A stretch of 64,000 nt of DNA from a virus (lineage: Duplodnaviria > Heunggongvirae > Uroviricota > Caudoviricetes), in IMG/VR virus record IMGVR_UViG_3300025597_000613, positions 23,495 to 87,494 of that record, one strand, 5' to 3'. Under the pieces are notes generated by a model. The model did no database searches and was not told the DNA's origin. It saw nothing but the letters and a program-made list of their open reading frames with translations. Positions within the stretch are counted from its first letter, which is position 1; each line of letters begins with the position of its first letter. Shown here one piece after another: positions 8,948 through 17,629 of the stretch. A program made the translations under genes and the position numbers.

Positions 8948-9008
8948 AATTCCAAATCTCAGATACAAATCTGAGGTGGAAAATCAGACACAGAGATTAG
9001 GCCGAGAT

Positions 9009-9449
9009 TCAAACCTCGGTTGGACACATTACGAGGAAGAGTGGTGAGGACCTTGATAAACTCTCAAAGTCACTAGATTTAGAATAATCTATTCCACCGA
9101 GGGGTACCGTACCCCTTGCTGGTAACTGGATAGTAAAGAATACATCGAAGAAATTTGTTGTTAATGCATTATCACAATCAACAATTAAATGCCTAGCCAT
9201 GCTTGTTGCTCGAACTTTACGACCATTCGGCAATGTAACTTCTGTCGGTGATTCTGGAACAATCAATATTGTACCAACTGTGTAATGAATATTATTTCTG
9301 GTGTATTTTTCTATACTATTCAAATCGAAATAATTTCTGGTTCCATTTTTTGATGCGTCAGGAACAAGCACCCACATCGTTTCTTTTGGTGTTGCTTGTG
9401 AAAAGATCGAAGTACAAATAAGAAGGAGTGCTATGAATAGTTTTCTCAT
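9009..9449 (-). CDS. secreted protein with signal peptide (146 aa)
   Basis: N-terminal MRKLFIALLLICTSIFSQA/TP signal-peptidase I-type signal. Confidence 0.45.
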   Translation of the reverse strand: MRKLFIALLLICTSIFSQATPKETMWVLVPDASKNGTRNYFDLNSIEKYTRNNIHYTVGTILIVPESPTEVTLPNGRKVRATSMARHLIVDCDNALTTNFFDVFFTIQLPARGTVPLGGIDYSKSSDFESLSRSSPLFLVMCPTEV

Positions 9450-9468
9450 ATTTGTACTTATCGTCTGC

Positions 9469-9798
9469 CTAGGAAAAGAAGATAGAAAAGTTTTTTCTAA
9501 TCCAGTTTCTTATCAGGAAATTAGACGACGGTTCTACCTGCTTTATGTCACCATAAATTAGGTTGAGTGCTGTTACATCGTCATCAGTCCCAAGGAATGT
9601 ATACTTGTAGATGAGGGGGTCTCGTGTGTCATAGTGAAATGCGCCCATCTCACGACTCCAATGATGGGCCGGATCAATTTCACTTTCGAGATCAGCCTCT
9701 AACGTGAATTTAATTCCTTGTTGCCGTAGATAAGTCTGGATGACTTCTTCTTGTTCGTCACTATTGTGGTGACGTATCAGTGTTATGTATTTCCTCAT
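9469..9798 (-). CDS. hypothetical protein (start at internal ATG with GGAG)
   Basis: ORF 9469..9897; ATG at 9798 preceded by GGAG. Confidence 0.35.
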   Translation of the reverse strand: MRKYITLIRHHNSDEQEEVIQTYLRQQGIKFTLEADLESEIDPAHHWSREMGAFHYDTRDPLIYKYTFLGTDDDVTALNLIYGDIKQVEPSSNFLIRNWIRKNFSIFFS

Positions 9799-10069
9799 AT
9801 GGTTTCTCCAAGAGAATATAAAAGGCTGTGCCGTCCGGCACGGTGTTCTTTCTAGGATGTAGCCTGGAAGTTTTTTCCGCATCAAAGAAGACGCCAAGAA
9901 ATGAGAGTAACATCATATCGGTGTCGGATATGTCGGCATCTGTAACAACATGCGTAGGATAACCATCAAGATGGTAAAATTCGATATATGATAATCCGGC
10001 AGCGACTTCTGTATTACGACGTTCCTGTGGCGTATATGTCCAGATCTGGGTATCAAAAACTCTTAGCAT
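9761..10069 (-). CDS. hypothetical protein (102 aa)
   Basis: minus-strand ORF. Confidence 0.35.
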   Translation of the reverse strand: MLRVFDTQIWTYTPQERRNTEVAAGLSYIEFYHLDGYPTHVVTDADISDTDMMLLSFLGVFFDAEKTSRLHPRKNTVPDGTAFYILLEKPYEEIHNTDTSPQ

Positions 10070-10367
10070 ATCCTAGACCCTCCGGTGTTGAATAATATTT
10101 CCTCTCAATCTCATTATAGGAAATAGGAAAATTGGCAATCTTAAATCCGCGCAATTTTAAAGCAAGAATATCCTCAGATAATTCTTTCTCAATCACTGCA
10201 TAATGAAAGAGTGGTTCCAGTTTGAAGCAGGCAGTTGAATGGTTCGACATCACCTCAAATTCTATATGAAATGGATGGATAATCCATGATGGATATAGTC
10301 TTTTTAATATCTGCTCACAATCGCCATCATCGGGATCTACAGGACGGTCGAGTTCCACAAGTATCAT
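10053..10367 (-). CDS. hypothetical protein (104 aa)
   Basis: minus-strand ORF. Confidence 0.4.
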   Translation of the reverse strand: MILVELDRPVDPDDGDCEQILKRLYPSWIIHPFHIEFEVMSNHSTACFKLEPLFHYAVIEKELSEDILALKLRGFKIANFPISYNEIERKYYSTPEGLGYAKSF

Positions 10368-10654
10368 ATGCCTGTGACCTTGATAAAATTGGTAACATTA
10401 ACTATCTTAACTGGAAATTTTAATGCAAGGAAATTAGCTTCTTCCTCACTCATATCGACGAAGAAATGAAAACATTCACCAAAACCACTTATGTTTATGG
10501 TGGTACCGATTTTTCGATCGATGATGCGAATATAGGCAATTACACCATCAGTATCTTCTCTATTTACGGACAGATGAAAATGAAAAATGTTGGATGATTG
10601 AGAAGAGGCTATCTGCATAGTACCAGGATTCGGGATGATATTCGTTCCCTTCAT
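10364..10654 (-). CDS. hypothetical protein (96 aa)
   Basis: minus-strand ORF, 4-nt overlap. Confidence 0.35.
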   Translation of the reverse strand: MKGTNIIPNPGTMQIASSQSSNIFHFHLSVNREDTDGVIAYIRIIDRKIGTTINISGFGECFHFFVDMSEEEANFLALKFPVKIVNVTNFIKVTGI

Positions 10655-10820
10655 AATGTATTTTTCTATAAACGACAGTCAACCATCGTAATTGTCTTTG
10701 ATCGTGAGAAAGCCTGACAGGATGCCAGGCAAACCACTTGGACCAATTTTCCCTCTTTTTCTCTTGCCTTAATTTACGTGAGGTGTTGAAATCTCTCAAC
10801 ACCTCAAATAATGACTTCAT
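10560..10820 (-). CDS. hypothetical protein (86 aa)
   Basis: minus-strand ORF overlapping the neighbour by ~95 nt, so doubtful. Confidence 0.3.
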   Translation of the reverse strand: MKSLFEVLRDFNTSRKLRQEKKRENWSKWFAWHPVRLSHDQRQLRWLTVVYRKIHYEGNEYHPESWYYADSLFSIIQHFSFSSVRK

Positions 10821-11161
10821 GGTGCCAGAGGGCTATTGTTGTTCGTTCCGGTGAAGACGCGAATCTTAACCTTGTGGCGATCTTCCATTGCCTTACGTTC
10901 AGCCTCTTCCTCTTCGCTGCGATAGCGTCGAATTCTCAATGCCTTCATGCCAAGTCGGAAAGTCAGGCAAGCCTCCGGATCCATTTCCATGATAGTCTCG
11001 AGGTCGCATTCCTTGGGCTTCTCTGGATTCGACGGACCAATTTCCTTCACGACGGTGAATTCGTCCGGATCAAGTCTTTCCATAATCTGGCGAAATTTAT
11101 ATTCGTCAGACGGATCAAAGGTAAACGTGTATTCGGTGCGTTGATTTTCAGTATCAGACAT
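10817..11161 (-). CDS. hypothetical acidic protein (114 aa)
   Basis: minus-strand ORF. Confidence 0.4.
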   Translation of the reverse strand: MSDTENQRTEYTFTFDPSDEYKFRQIMERLDPDEFTVVKEIGPSNPEKPKECDLETIMEMDPEACLTFRLGMKALRIRRYRSEEEEAERKAMEDRHKVKIRVFTGTNNNSPLAP

Positions 11162-11184
11162 ATAACCTCTCTCGTTAGTTCATT

Positions 11185-11412
11185 CTAGCACATCTCTGGT
11201 GTTTCCACCGACCGGATTGCATTGAGACTGAATGCTAATTTCAATAATATCATCTCACTGTCTTTGGCGTAGATGAAATAGACAAGTCCTAAATCACTTA
11301 CTGAGTGAAACCGATAATAGATCTTTTTATCTTGTAGATGTTTTATGAATCTCGATACATCTTCGGATCTGGCACATAGGAGATATCGTTTGATCATATT
11401 ATTCTTTTTCAT
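11185..11412 (-). CDS. hypothetical protein (75 aa)
   Basis: minus-strand ORF. Confidence 0.35.
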   Translation of the reverse strand: MKKNNMIKRYLLCARSEDVSRFIKHLQDKKIYYRFHSVSDLGLVYFIYAKDSEMILLKLAFSLNAIRSVETPEMC

Positions 11413-11638
11413 AAGGAAGACCCTGATTTACATCTTCCTCGGACCAGAATTTTACACCGGGAACAATTAATGAAAGATAGGTACATTCTTCCGATGAAAA
11501 ATCCTCAACTCGATAAATTTGAAAATCTACACCTCGGTAGACATATTGTGGAAAATAATTCATGTCGACAATGGCCTCAAGTAATATTGGGCATTGAGGA
11601 TCTGACACCTCCATGTAGACAAATGTTTGAGTGGTCAC
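11399..11638 (-). CDS. hypothetical protein (79 aa)
   Basis: minus-strand ORF. Confidence 0.35.
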   Translation of the reverse strand: MTTQTFVYMEVSDPQCPILLEAIVDMNYFPQYVYRGVDFQIYRVEDFSSEECTYLSLIVPGVKFWSEEDVNQGLPYEKE

Positions 11639-11865
11639 AATTCCTTCAATAGGTTACCATAGCGCAAATTTAGATAGATACGATCTTGTTCATCCATGAC
11701 GCAGAACATGATACCGTAATAATCCATCGCAGGAGGTCTCAAATTGTTGCTGTGAATATTATGCCCCTTCTTCATAATTTTCACACTCTTTAGATTTTCA
11801 ATATCCTGCATAATCTGCAGGAAATATACTGTCGGTACTTCGGTGGTAAATGAATATATCTTCAC
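11635..11865 (-). CDS. hypothetical protein (76 aa)
   Basis: minus-strand ORF, 4-nt overlap. Confidence 0.35.
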   Translation of the reverse strand: MKIYSFTTEVPTVYFLQIMQDIENLKSVKIMKKGHNIHSNNLRPPAMDYYGIMFCVMDEQDRIYLNLRYGNLLKEL

Positions 11866-12089
11866 CGTTGACGATATTCCGTGGTGCTCTTAAGCTTTGA
11901 ATGGCGAAGTTTGATGAAGAGAAGTTGTTCTTCGTTGATGATCATACCAAATGTCATCATACGCTTGAGTTGATTGTCCTTGTCCCAGACAAAGGTTTCT
12001 TCGGTAGCAGGAAAGATATTGGAATCTCGAAGCCATTCCATCTCTTCTGCAACCTGAGCCATTTCTACATCATACATAAGCCTAATCAT
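11862..12089 (-). CDS. hypothetical protein (75 aa)
   Basis: minus-strand ORF, 4-nt overlap. Confidence 0.35.
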   Translation of the reverse strand: MIRLMYDVEMAQVAEEMEWLRDSNIFPATEETFVWDKDNQLKRMMTFGMIINEEQLLFIKLRHSKLKSTTEYRQR

Positions 12090-12151
12090 ATGAGCATCCG
12101 TTAAGTTACTATTCCTTTATTTTACCTGAGTTAGTTCAGACAGTCAACAGG

Positions 12152-12577
12152 TTATTCCATCGTCTTTGATTTCAAATAAGAAAGTAGTTCCTGCCCCATC
12201 TCTTTAATTTGACTATTCATTTTATCAGAATAACTGTTATAGTATTCTTTCTTGTAAAGATCTTGTTTGTAATATAGTTTACTATCTTCCAGGTCGTAAT
12301 ACTTCTTATTGAGTTTACTGATATACTCTTTCTTTGTATTAGAATCTAAATTTTCTTCAATCTTTGGACGATCAACATATTCATTAATAAATCTTAATTT
12401 TATCAATACCGCAATATCCTCGGGAGCGGTAATGCTCACATAGTTAAAATCCTTGCTATAGGGATAATAGCTAGACACGTCCTTGATTTGGCCTGTGGGA
12501 TAAGCCCCATAGAATCCTGTAATGAATTCGCCTAATGCTAAAGACAATTTTCCTAATTTGAAATCTAACGTAACCAT
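12152..12577 (-). CDS. hypothetical Tyr/Lys-rich protein (141 aa)
   Basis: minus-strand ORF. Confidence 0.4.
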   Translation of the reverse strand: MVTLDFKLGKLSLALGEFITGFYGAYPTGQIKDVSSYYPYSKDFNYVSITAPEDIAVLIKLRFINEYVDRPKIEENLDSNTKKEYISKLNKKYYDLEDSKLYYKQDLYKKEYYNSYSDKMNSQIKEMGQELLSYLKSKTME

Positions 12578-12771
12578 ATATTGTCGCCAAATTTTAATGA
12601 TAATAGAGTGTATTCTTCTTCGGAAATTCTTAGATGGTAATACTTATAAAGCCTATTATCTGGATATCCCGAACCTACCGTCTGATCCCTTATAATTTGA
12701 AACTCGGCACTAACCAGACTTTCGATATATTTAGATTCAGATTTATCAACAGTGAGATTTGCTTCAATCAT
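12565..12771 (-). CDS. hypothetical protein (68 aa)
   Basis: minus-strand ORF. Confidence 0.35.
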   Translation of the reverse strand: MIEANLTVDKSESKYIESLVSAEFQIIRDQTVGSGYPDNRLYKYYHLRISEEEYTLLSLKFGDNIWLR

Positions 12772-13577
12772 AGATCTTTATACAGTTTTACCATGTCTGG
12801 AATGCGCGTCTTGGCATTGCGACTACCAAGCAGGATCATGAATCTTTGACCGGCCGGAGAATCGACCAACATAACAAGACAGCCACCGGCTGGATTTGTG
12901 TATCCTGTCTTCGATAAAAGAATATGCAAAGTGTTGGTCAGAGGATTAGTATTCTTGACCTTGATTGTTTTCTTCTCGGCAGCAATTTCTGCCTTCGGGA
13001 GACTAGAAAGTTGGGTAATTACTTCATTATTGGATGCAACAATCATCAGTTTTAGAAGATCAACCGCGGTGCTAGTATTTTCCCTGCTCAGGCCAGTAGG
13101 TTCAACAAAAGTGGTGTGTTCCATGCCGAGTTCTGCAGCCTTTGCGTTCATAGACTCAACGCAATTGGGCAGATTCTCACAAAGAATCTGTGCGGCAAAA
13201 TTGTCGGATTTAACAAGGGCAAGAGTCAGTAATTCACGACGAGATAGCTTATCAAGCTTTTTCGGAATGCTGCTTTGAACAGAGCGGGTAGAGGGAATAG
13301 GAAGTGACTCATCCAAATCTTGTTCTGCCGTAAGAAGAGCCACCATCAACTTACTAATTGATGCAATGGGGCGAACCTGGTCACTTTCTTTTTCCTTTAG
13401 CACCGTACCATCACGGTCAGCAATGAGGAAGCTCTGTGCAGAAAAAGGTACAGGTGCAACAGGTCTTGATTTCTTTCGTGCCTCGGCATGACCTGCAAAG
13501 GCCAGGGCCATACACGCAATGAGGAGTAGCTTCTTCATAGATTTATGTATTTTAGCACTGATGTAATAGATTTGCAA
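12768..13577 (-). CDS. secreted serine D-Ala-D-Ala carboxypeptidase / PBP-beta-lactamase-fold protein
   Basis: signal peptide MKKLLLIACMALAFAGHA; active-site triad SISK (SxxK), SDN, KTG in canonical order and spacing. Confidence 0.65.
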   Translation of the reverse strand: MQIYYISAKIHKSMKKLLLIACMALAFAGHAEARKKSRPVAPVPFSAQSFLIADRDGTVLKEKESDQVRPIASISKLMVALLTAEQDLDESLPIPSTRSVQSSIPKKLDKLSRRELLTLALVKSDNFAAQILCENLPNCVESMNAKAAELGMEHTTFVEPTGLSRENTSTAVDLLKLMIVASNNEVITQLSSLPKAEIAAEKKTIKVKNTNPLTNTLHILLSKTGYTNPAGGCLVMLVDSPAGQRFMILLGSRNAKTRIPDMVKLYKDL

Positions 13578-13580
13578 GGA

Positions 13581-13886
13581 TTATCTTACCGCCCTTATCC
13601 ATAAGGTGTCATGGATCTGGAATTCCTGATGTGGAAGGAGATGCCTTGTATTATCGGTGTACCATTGTGCAAGTATATTTTGTGAGATTAGCTTGAAAAC
13701 AAGAAGTGCCTCCGGTTCAAAAATATATTCGGAGGAAAGCTGTTTTCTTATTGTGTGATCCTGATTATATCCGGGCCGCTCAATTACAGTCCAGACTTTT
13801 CCGAAAGATGAATAACGTGCCAGTGCCTTAAATTCCTCTGGCGTTATTATACGCGAATCTTTCAGAAGAATACTAACTTCGTACAC
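13581..13886 (-). CDS. hypothetical protein (101 aa)
   Basis: minus-strand ORF. Confidence 0.4.
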   Translation of the reverse strand: MYEVSILLKDSRIITPEEFKALARYSSFGKVWTVIERPGYNQDHTIRKQLSSEYIFEPEALLVFKLISQNILAQWYTDNTRHLLPHQEFQIHDTLWIRAVR

Positions 13887-13889
13887 TTT

Positions 13890-14276
13890 CTAACCCGTAA
13901 TTAATCCCTGTGATGGGGCAGTCCATAATGGACCGGCTGATACAGGGCCATATGTCTTGACAGGAAATGCTAATGTTTCACCTGTGTCCAATCTAAAACC
14001 TAGCTTCCCGCCACGATCGGTGGTGCTTAGATAATTGTTGAGGACCTTTATCATGAATGTCCCCTGTGTAGAATCCACAAGGATGAGTTGGCGTGTATCA
14101 AAAAGTACCGAAGCAGGATTGGTGGGAAACCAGTTGATATTTACAATTCGATCAAGTTCGACGCCCGATAATCGGAAATAGCTGGGAACGCCGCTAGTGA
14201 TAACTATGCCGACTGTACCTGTTCCTTGAAAGGGACTACTAGGTAATCCGTAGATTTCGGTAATGATTGTTGCCAT
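13890..14276 (-). CDS. hypothetical beta-rich protein (128 aa)
   Basis: minus-strand ORF. Confidence 0.4.
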   Translation of the reverse strand: MATIITEIYGLPSSPFQGTGTVGIVITSGVPSYFRLSGVELDRIVNINWFPTNPASVLFDTRQLILVDSTQGTFMIKVLNNYLSTTDRGGKLGFRLDTGETLAFPVKTYGPVSAGPLWTAPSQGLITG

Positions 14277-14292
14277 CCAGTATTTATCTGGA

Positions 14293-14604
14293 TTAGAAAT
14301 TTAGTGTTTCGTTGGTTAAGTCAATAAAGGGACGCATCTGCGACTGAGAACACTTCAATTCACGATAGTTTATTAGGGCATTGAAATCATTCTCTGATAA
14401 TTCAACAGGTTTTAATGACTTTTGCAGAAAGATAAAACTAACGATAGATTCGTCTGCCTCAAATGCATGCCCGGAGGATGCAAATTCTTTATGTCCCAAT
14501 CTTAGCGTTCTATGAGACCAATCCCAATAACAGGCGGTTATTTTTGAAGCACCTGCGAATTCCAGTTCCTGTCTGGAGAAATCATCAAACCAATAGTATT
14601 TCAT
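14293..14604 (-). CDS. hypothetical protein, tandem paralog 1 (MKYYW...)
   Basis: MKYYWFDDFS...CYWDWSHRT...KEFASSGHAFEADES is homologous to the adjacent ORF. Confidence 0.45.
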   Translation of the reverse strand: MKYYWFDDFSRQELEFAGASKITACYWDWSHRTLRLGHKEFASSGHAFEADESIVSFIFLQKSLKPVELSENDFNALINYRELKCSQSQMRPFIDLTNETLNF

Positions 14605-14921
14605 GACATGGGTTGTGCGTAACGATAAATTCGTTCAGAGACTGCCATTATCAACTTCTCATTGAATTTTACATAATCGCCCCTAACGATGCGATTATAT
14701 TGTCTCTCAGAAATCTCTAAAGGCGAGTGCTTAGTCCTGAGCTCACAGAATAATTCAAATCCCTCGTCTGCCTTGAATATAAATCCCTTCTTGGCAAATT
14801 TATCAGTGTCGTGCCTGGACATACCGAGATGCCATTCCCAATAGGTTCGGTGAATGTGATTTGCGCCTATTGCTCTGATATTATCTTTGCCGGCATCCTC
14901 GTAGATCCAATAGTATTTCAT
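14601..14921 (-). CDS. hypothetical protein, tandem paralog 2 (MKYYW...)
   Basis: MKYYWIYEDAG...TYWEWHLGM...DKFAKKGFIFKADEG; 4-nt overlap with paralog 1. Confidence 0.45.
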   Translation of the reverse strand: MKYYWIYEDAGKDNIRAIGANHIHRTYWEWHLGMSRHDTDKFAKKGFIFKADEGFELFCELRTKHSPLEISERQYNRIVRGDYVKFNEKLIMAVSERIYRYAQPMS

Positions 14922-15196
14922 TTCCTATATTTGTTCTTTAGTTCATCACTAATATAGGATATAACCATACGATCTGCAAGATACGCATTTTGGAGTTTTA
15001 GAATAGATGCGATAGATGAATTTATCGAACCACCTATGCGATAGAATACGTCCATTGCATATCCCATATTATCGATATCATACTCGAGTTCGTGTTTTGT
15101 TCGTATAAAGTCGTCGCCGAACTGAAGAAGTATTTTTTCAACCTCTTCTCGTCTTGATGGTTCAATCAAGAATTCAACGTAGACAAATTCCTTCAT
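14918..15196 (-). CDS. hypothetical protein (92 aa)
   Basis: minus-strand ORF, 4-nt overlap. Confidence 0.4.
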   Translation of the reverse strand: MKEFVYVEFLIEPSRREEVEKILLQFGDDFIRTKHELEYDIDNMGYAMDVFYRIGGSINSSIASILKLQNAYLADRMVISYISDELKNKYRK

Positions 15197-15540
15197 ACAT
15201 CAATGACTTCGTGATAGATAATATCTACTCTTCGGATATCAATAATTTCACAGGAGGGTACAAACTTCTTGTGCTTTATAGGAATAGGTTGTATTCCTAA
15301 TTTTTCAAATACTTCACGACAGGTTAGTGGATTCTTTAACGTAACGTGTAGATGAATGGATCTATCTCTAAACTCAACATCTACATTTTCAATACTCGGA
15401 TTTTGGAATTCACGAATAGTTTGCGGTCGGAGGAAAGATACTAAAGGATCCTCATTCACTAACCAATTCATGGTTAGGACAGAAAAAATAGCTGCAAATA
15501 ATGCGGTATATAGGAGAGGCCGGGTGGCAAGTTTTTTCAT
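15193..15540 (-). CDS. membrane-anchored/secreted protein (115 aa)
   Basis: N-terminal hydrophobic segment LLYTALFAAIFSVLTMNWL. Confidence 0.4.
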   Translation of the reverse strand: MKKLATRPLLYTALFAAIFSVLTMNWLVNEDPLVSFLRPQTIREFQNPSIENVDVEFRDRSIHLHVTLKNPLTCREVFEKLGIQPIPIKHKKFVPSCEIIDIRRVDIIYHEVIDV

Positions 15541-15560
15541 GGAGTTTGTGATTATACCCC

Positions 15561-15568
15561 TATTTATA
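15561..15568 (-). promoter_or_regulatory. TATAAATA (T4-late-promoter-like) ~21 nt upstream of gene start at 15540
   Basis: exact octamer on minus strand; only two such octamers seen in the window. Confidence 0.2.
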
Positions 15569-16079
15569 TATTCATCTTACATTGGCTGTAGAAAGAGGCG
15601 AGTTCATCCTTGTATTTCGTAAGATCAAACGAAGTGATATATCTTTTTCCATCCGACCCCGTCCAGGCTACTGTGATAGTTTTACCCAAATGGAGTGCCT
15701 TCATAAGATTAGTGGATGAAGTAATGGTTCGGTAGACAAGATTCCCATCTTGTGACCAATTACCTTCGTTGCCTTGAAGCAATTTCCCGTCAATCTGAAT
15801 GTTAGGACGGATAGAAGATTCCGGATTTACTCCTTCCCAGAAAACCGCGATGACAGGATCATCTTTTCCTACCACAGTGCATACCAGGCGCAATCCTGTG
15901 ATAGCCTTTTCAACCTTATCACCGGTTACCTTCTTACCTACCGCATAGGTATGGTAGATATATCCGACTTTTGAGTTACTGTCGGGATCAGTGATTTCAA
16001 CAAGTTTCCAGCCATTATAGGATTGGGCCGATGCAAGACCGCATGAAAGAACCAACAGTGCTGAAACTAAAAACTTCAT
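15564..16079 (-). CDS. secreted protein with signal peptide (171 aa)
   Basis: MKFLVSALLVLSCGLASA/QS signal peptide. Confidence 0.5.
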   Translation of the reverse strand: MKFLVSALLVLSCGLASAQSYNGWKLVEITDPDSNSKVGYIYHTYAVGKKVTGDKVEKAITGLRLVCTVVGKDDPVIAVFWEGVNPESSIRPNIQIDGKLLQGNEGNWSQDGNLVYRTITSSTNLMKALHLGKTITVAWTGSDGKRYITSFDLTKYKDELASFYSQCKMNI

Positions 16080-16145
16080 GAGAAACCTCCGATAAATGCA
16101 TTATACACGCATTTTAACGGAGGTTCAACAGAAGTCTGTGCGGAA

Positions 16146-16481
16146 TTAGCAGTAATTACTCAATAGCTTTTCTACTAATTCATTGACATCTTTTTCTAAT
16201 CTATCGGTATTAATGAAGACTTTTACATCTCTCATCTTTTTAAAGGATTCTTCCATATCCTCCCATGATAGATTTTTATTTAGAGGGATGGGATGAGTAA
16301 GTTCATTACCACTGAGCTCCACTACGCTTCCATCATAATATTGTACCAAAACCTGCTCGATATATTTTGCAGGAATCTCCTTTGCTTCGACTTCCTTCAC
16401 AATCCTATCAAAGACTGAAGGTTTAGCAATTCGACTAATTGCTTTATCGAGATTAAAGCTAGTGGTTGACTTCTTCGACAT
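16146..16481 (-). CDS. hypothetical protein (111 aa)
   Basis: minus-strand ORF. Confidence 0.4.
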   Translation of the reverse strand: MSKKSTTSFNLDKAISRIAKPSVFDRIVKEVEAKEIPAKYIEQVLVQYYDGSVVELSGNELTHPIPLNKNLSWEDMEESFKKMRDVKVFINTDRLEKDVNELVEKLLSNYC

Positions 16482-16502
16482 ATATGCCTCCCAATTACCT
16501 AT

Positions 16503-16510
16503 TATTTATA
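16503..16510 (-). promoter_or_regulatory. TATAAATA (late-promoter-like) ~22 nt upstream of gene start at 16481
   Basis: exact octamer on minus strand immediately after a hairpin. Confidence 0.2.
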
Positions 16511-16512
16511 AG

Positions 16513-16540
16513 AAATAACCGGTATCAAAACCGGTTATTT
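16513..16540 (-). terminator. hairpin AAATAACCGGT-ATCAAA-ACCGGTTATTT (11-bp perfect stem)
   Basis: perfect inverted repeat between genes 16551..17312 and 16146..16481. Confidence 0.4.
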
Positions 16541-16550
16541 ATTGGATGGC

Positions 16551-17312
16551 TTAAGCCTGTTCGGCTGCCCTAGCAGCATCTCTTTCCAGTTTTGCTGCCA
16601 CCTTGGCATCAATAGCAGCATTTTTCTTCTCTACCTTAGCTTCGGCAGCCTTGCGTTGATCGCGCTCGCGACGCTTTTGCTTGCGTTCTTCGAGCTTGGC
16701 TTCCTTTTCTTCCTCTGGTGTAGGAGGACGACCGCGACCCGGACGAAGTTCGGGTGCCATTTCGTAGGCCTTTTCACGCTTTGCATTAGCATCAGCTTCC
16801 AGTACCTCAGCCTGGGCAATCAATGCCTTAGCCTGCGCTGCAGGATCCTGCATTTGTGCAGCCATTGCCTCGGCTGCTGCCTTCCTCTCCTCGGGGGTTC
16901 TTGTATCCTCCGGTGGAGTTGGGCGAGCCTGACTATTCTTGTATTCTTCAATCTTTCCGTCAATGGTTGCATTGATAAGAGCCAAAGGTACTGCCTGGCC
17001 GGGAAGTGGAAGCATAACGACATTGGTAACAGGTTCTTTACGCAAAAATCCGCGCTGGTGTAATGCAGTCAAGCAATTCAATCCATCGGGGAAAGTTCTA
17101 CGATTTAATACCTCATAGAATTCATTTGTTTCCATTGCTTCTTTAGAATTTAAGCATTGGATAAGATAGTCGTGATAGCTATCTGGAAGGCGCTCAGTCT
17201 CTACAATCAAACAAGACTTATCGTCATTTGGTAGTTTTCTGAACACAACCGCTACACGAACTCCGGTATTTGAAAGCTGACCGGCGTGCTTTTTCAATCC
17301 TTCGATTGCCAT
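16551..17312 (-). CDS. protein with globular N-terminal domain and Lys/Ala/Glu-rich low-complexity C-terminal tail (253 aa)
   Basis: C-terminal ~110 aa of KAAEAK / EEKEAK-type repeats; function unknown. Confidence 0.5.
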   Translation of the reverse strand: MAIEGLKKHAGQLSNTGVRVAVVFRKLPNDDKSCLIVETERLPDSYHDYLIQCLNSKEAMETNEFYEVLNRRTFPDGLNCLTALHQRGFLRKEPVTNVVMLPLPGQAVPLALINATIDGKIEEYKNSQARPTPPEDTRTPEERKAAAEAMAAQMQDPAAQAKALIAQAEVLEADANAKREKAYEMAPELRPGRGRPPTPEEEKEAKLEERKQKRRERDQRKAAEAKVEKKNAAIDAKVAAKLERDAARAAEQA

Positions 17313-17322
17313 AGTTACTCCT

Positions 17323-17340
17323 TTGAAGGGGCAAGCCCCC
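17323..17340 (-). terminator. short GC hairpin GGGGC-AAG-CCCC
   Basis: inverted repeat just downstream of gene 17345..17629. Confidence 0.3.
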
Positions 17341-17344
17341 TCAA

Positions 17345-17629
17345 TTATTGTGCTGCTTCAGCAGTGGTTTCGCCCTTCTCTTCAGCTTCCTTCTTTTGTA
17401 CGCTTTCTACGTATGTTAGGAAACTTGCAAGCTTATTGTAGGCATCACCCACTTGTGATAGCTCGCCTGCCTGGAATGCACCACGGCGTGAAGCCAAATC
17501 AACAATGCGACCTAGCAATTGAAGATCAGCGATAGTCAATTGTACTGGTTCCACTGAAGTTGTGGTTGGTGCCTCAGCGGCTGGTTGAGCTACTTGTTCT
17601 ACAGGTGGTGTAATTTTCTTTTTTGCCAT
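17345..17629 (-). CDS. hypothetical protein (94 aa)
   Basis: minus-strand ORF with GGAG upstream of ATG. Confidence 0.45.
   Translation of the reverse strand: MAKKKITPPVEQVAQPAAEAPTTTSVEPVQLTIADLQLLGRIVDLASRRGAFQAGELSQVGDAYNKLASFLTYVESVQKKEAEEKGETTAEAAQ

Noticed and set aside
8950-9035. Possible third tRNA (T-arm-like CCGAG-ATTCAAAC-CTCGG and anticodon-arm-like hairpin)
   Set aside because: Could not build a cloverleaf: no acceptor stem, spacing between hairpins (26 nt) too long, T-loop non-canonical. Treated as regulatory hairpins instead.
15561-16510. T4-type late promoters as a general feature
   Set aside because: Only two exact TATAAATA octamers were found upstream of minus-strand genes. 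Too few to claim a T4-like late promoter system; kept as low-confidence features only.
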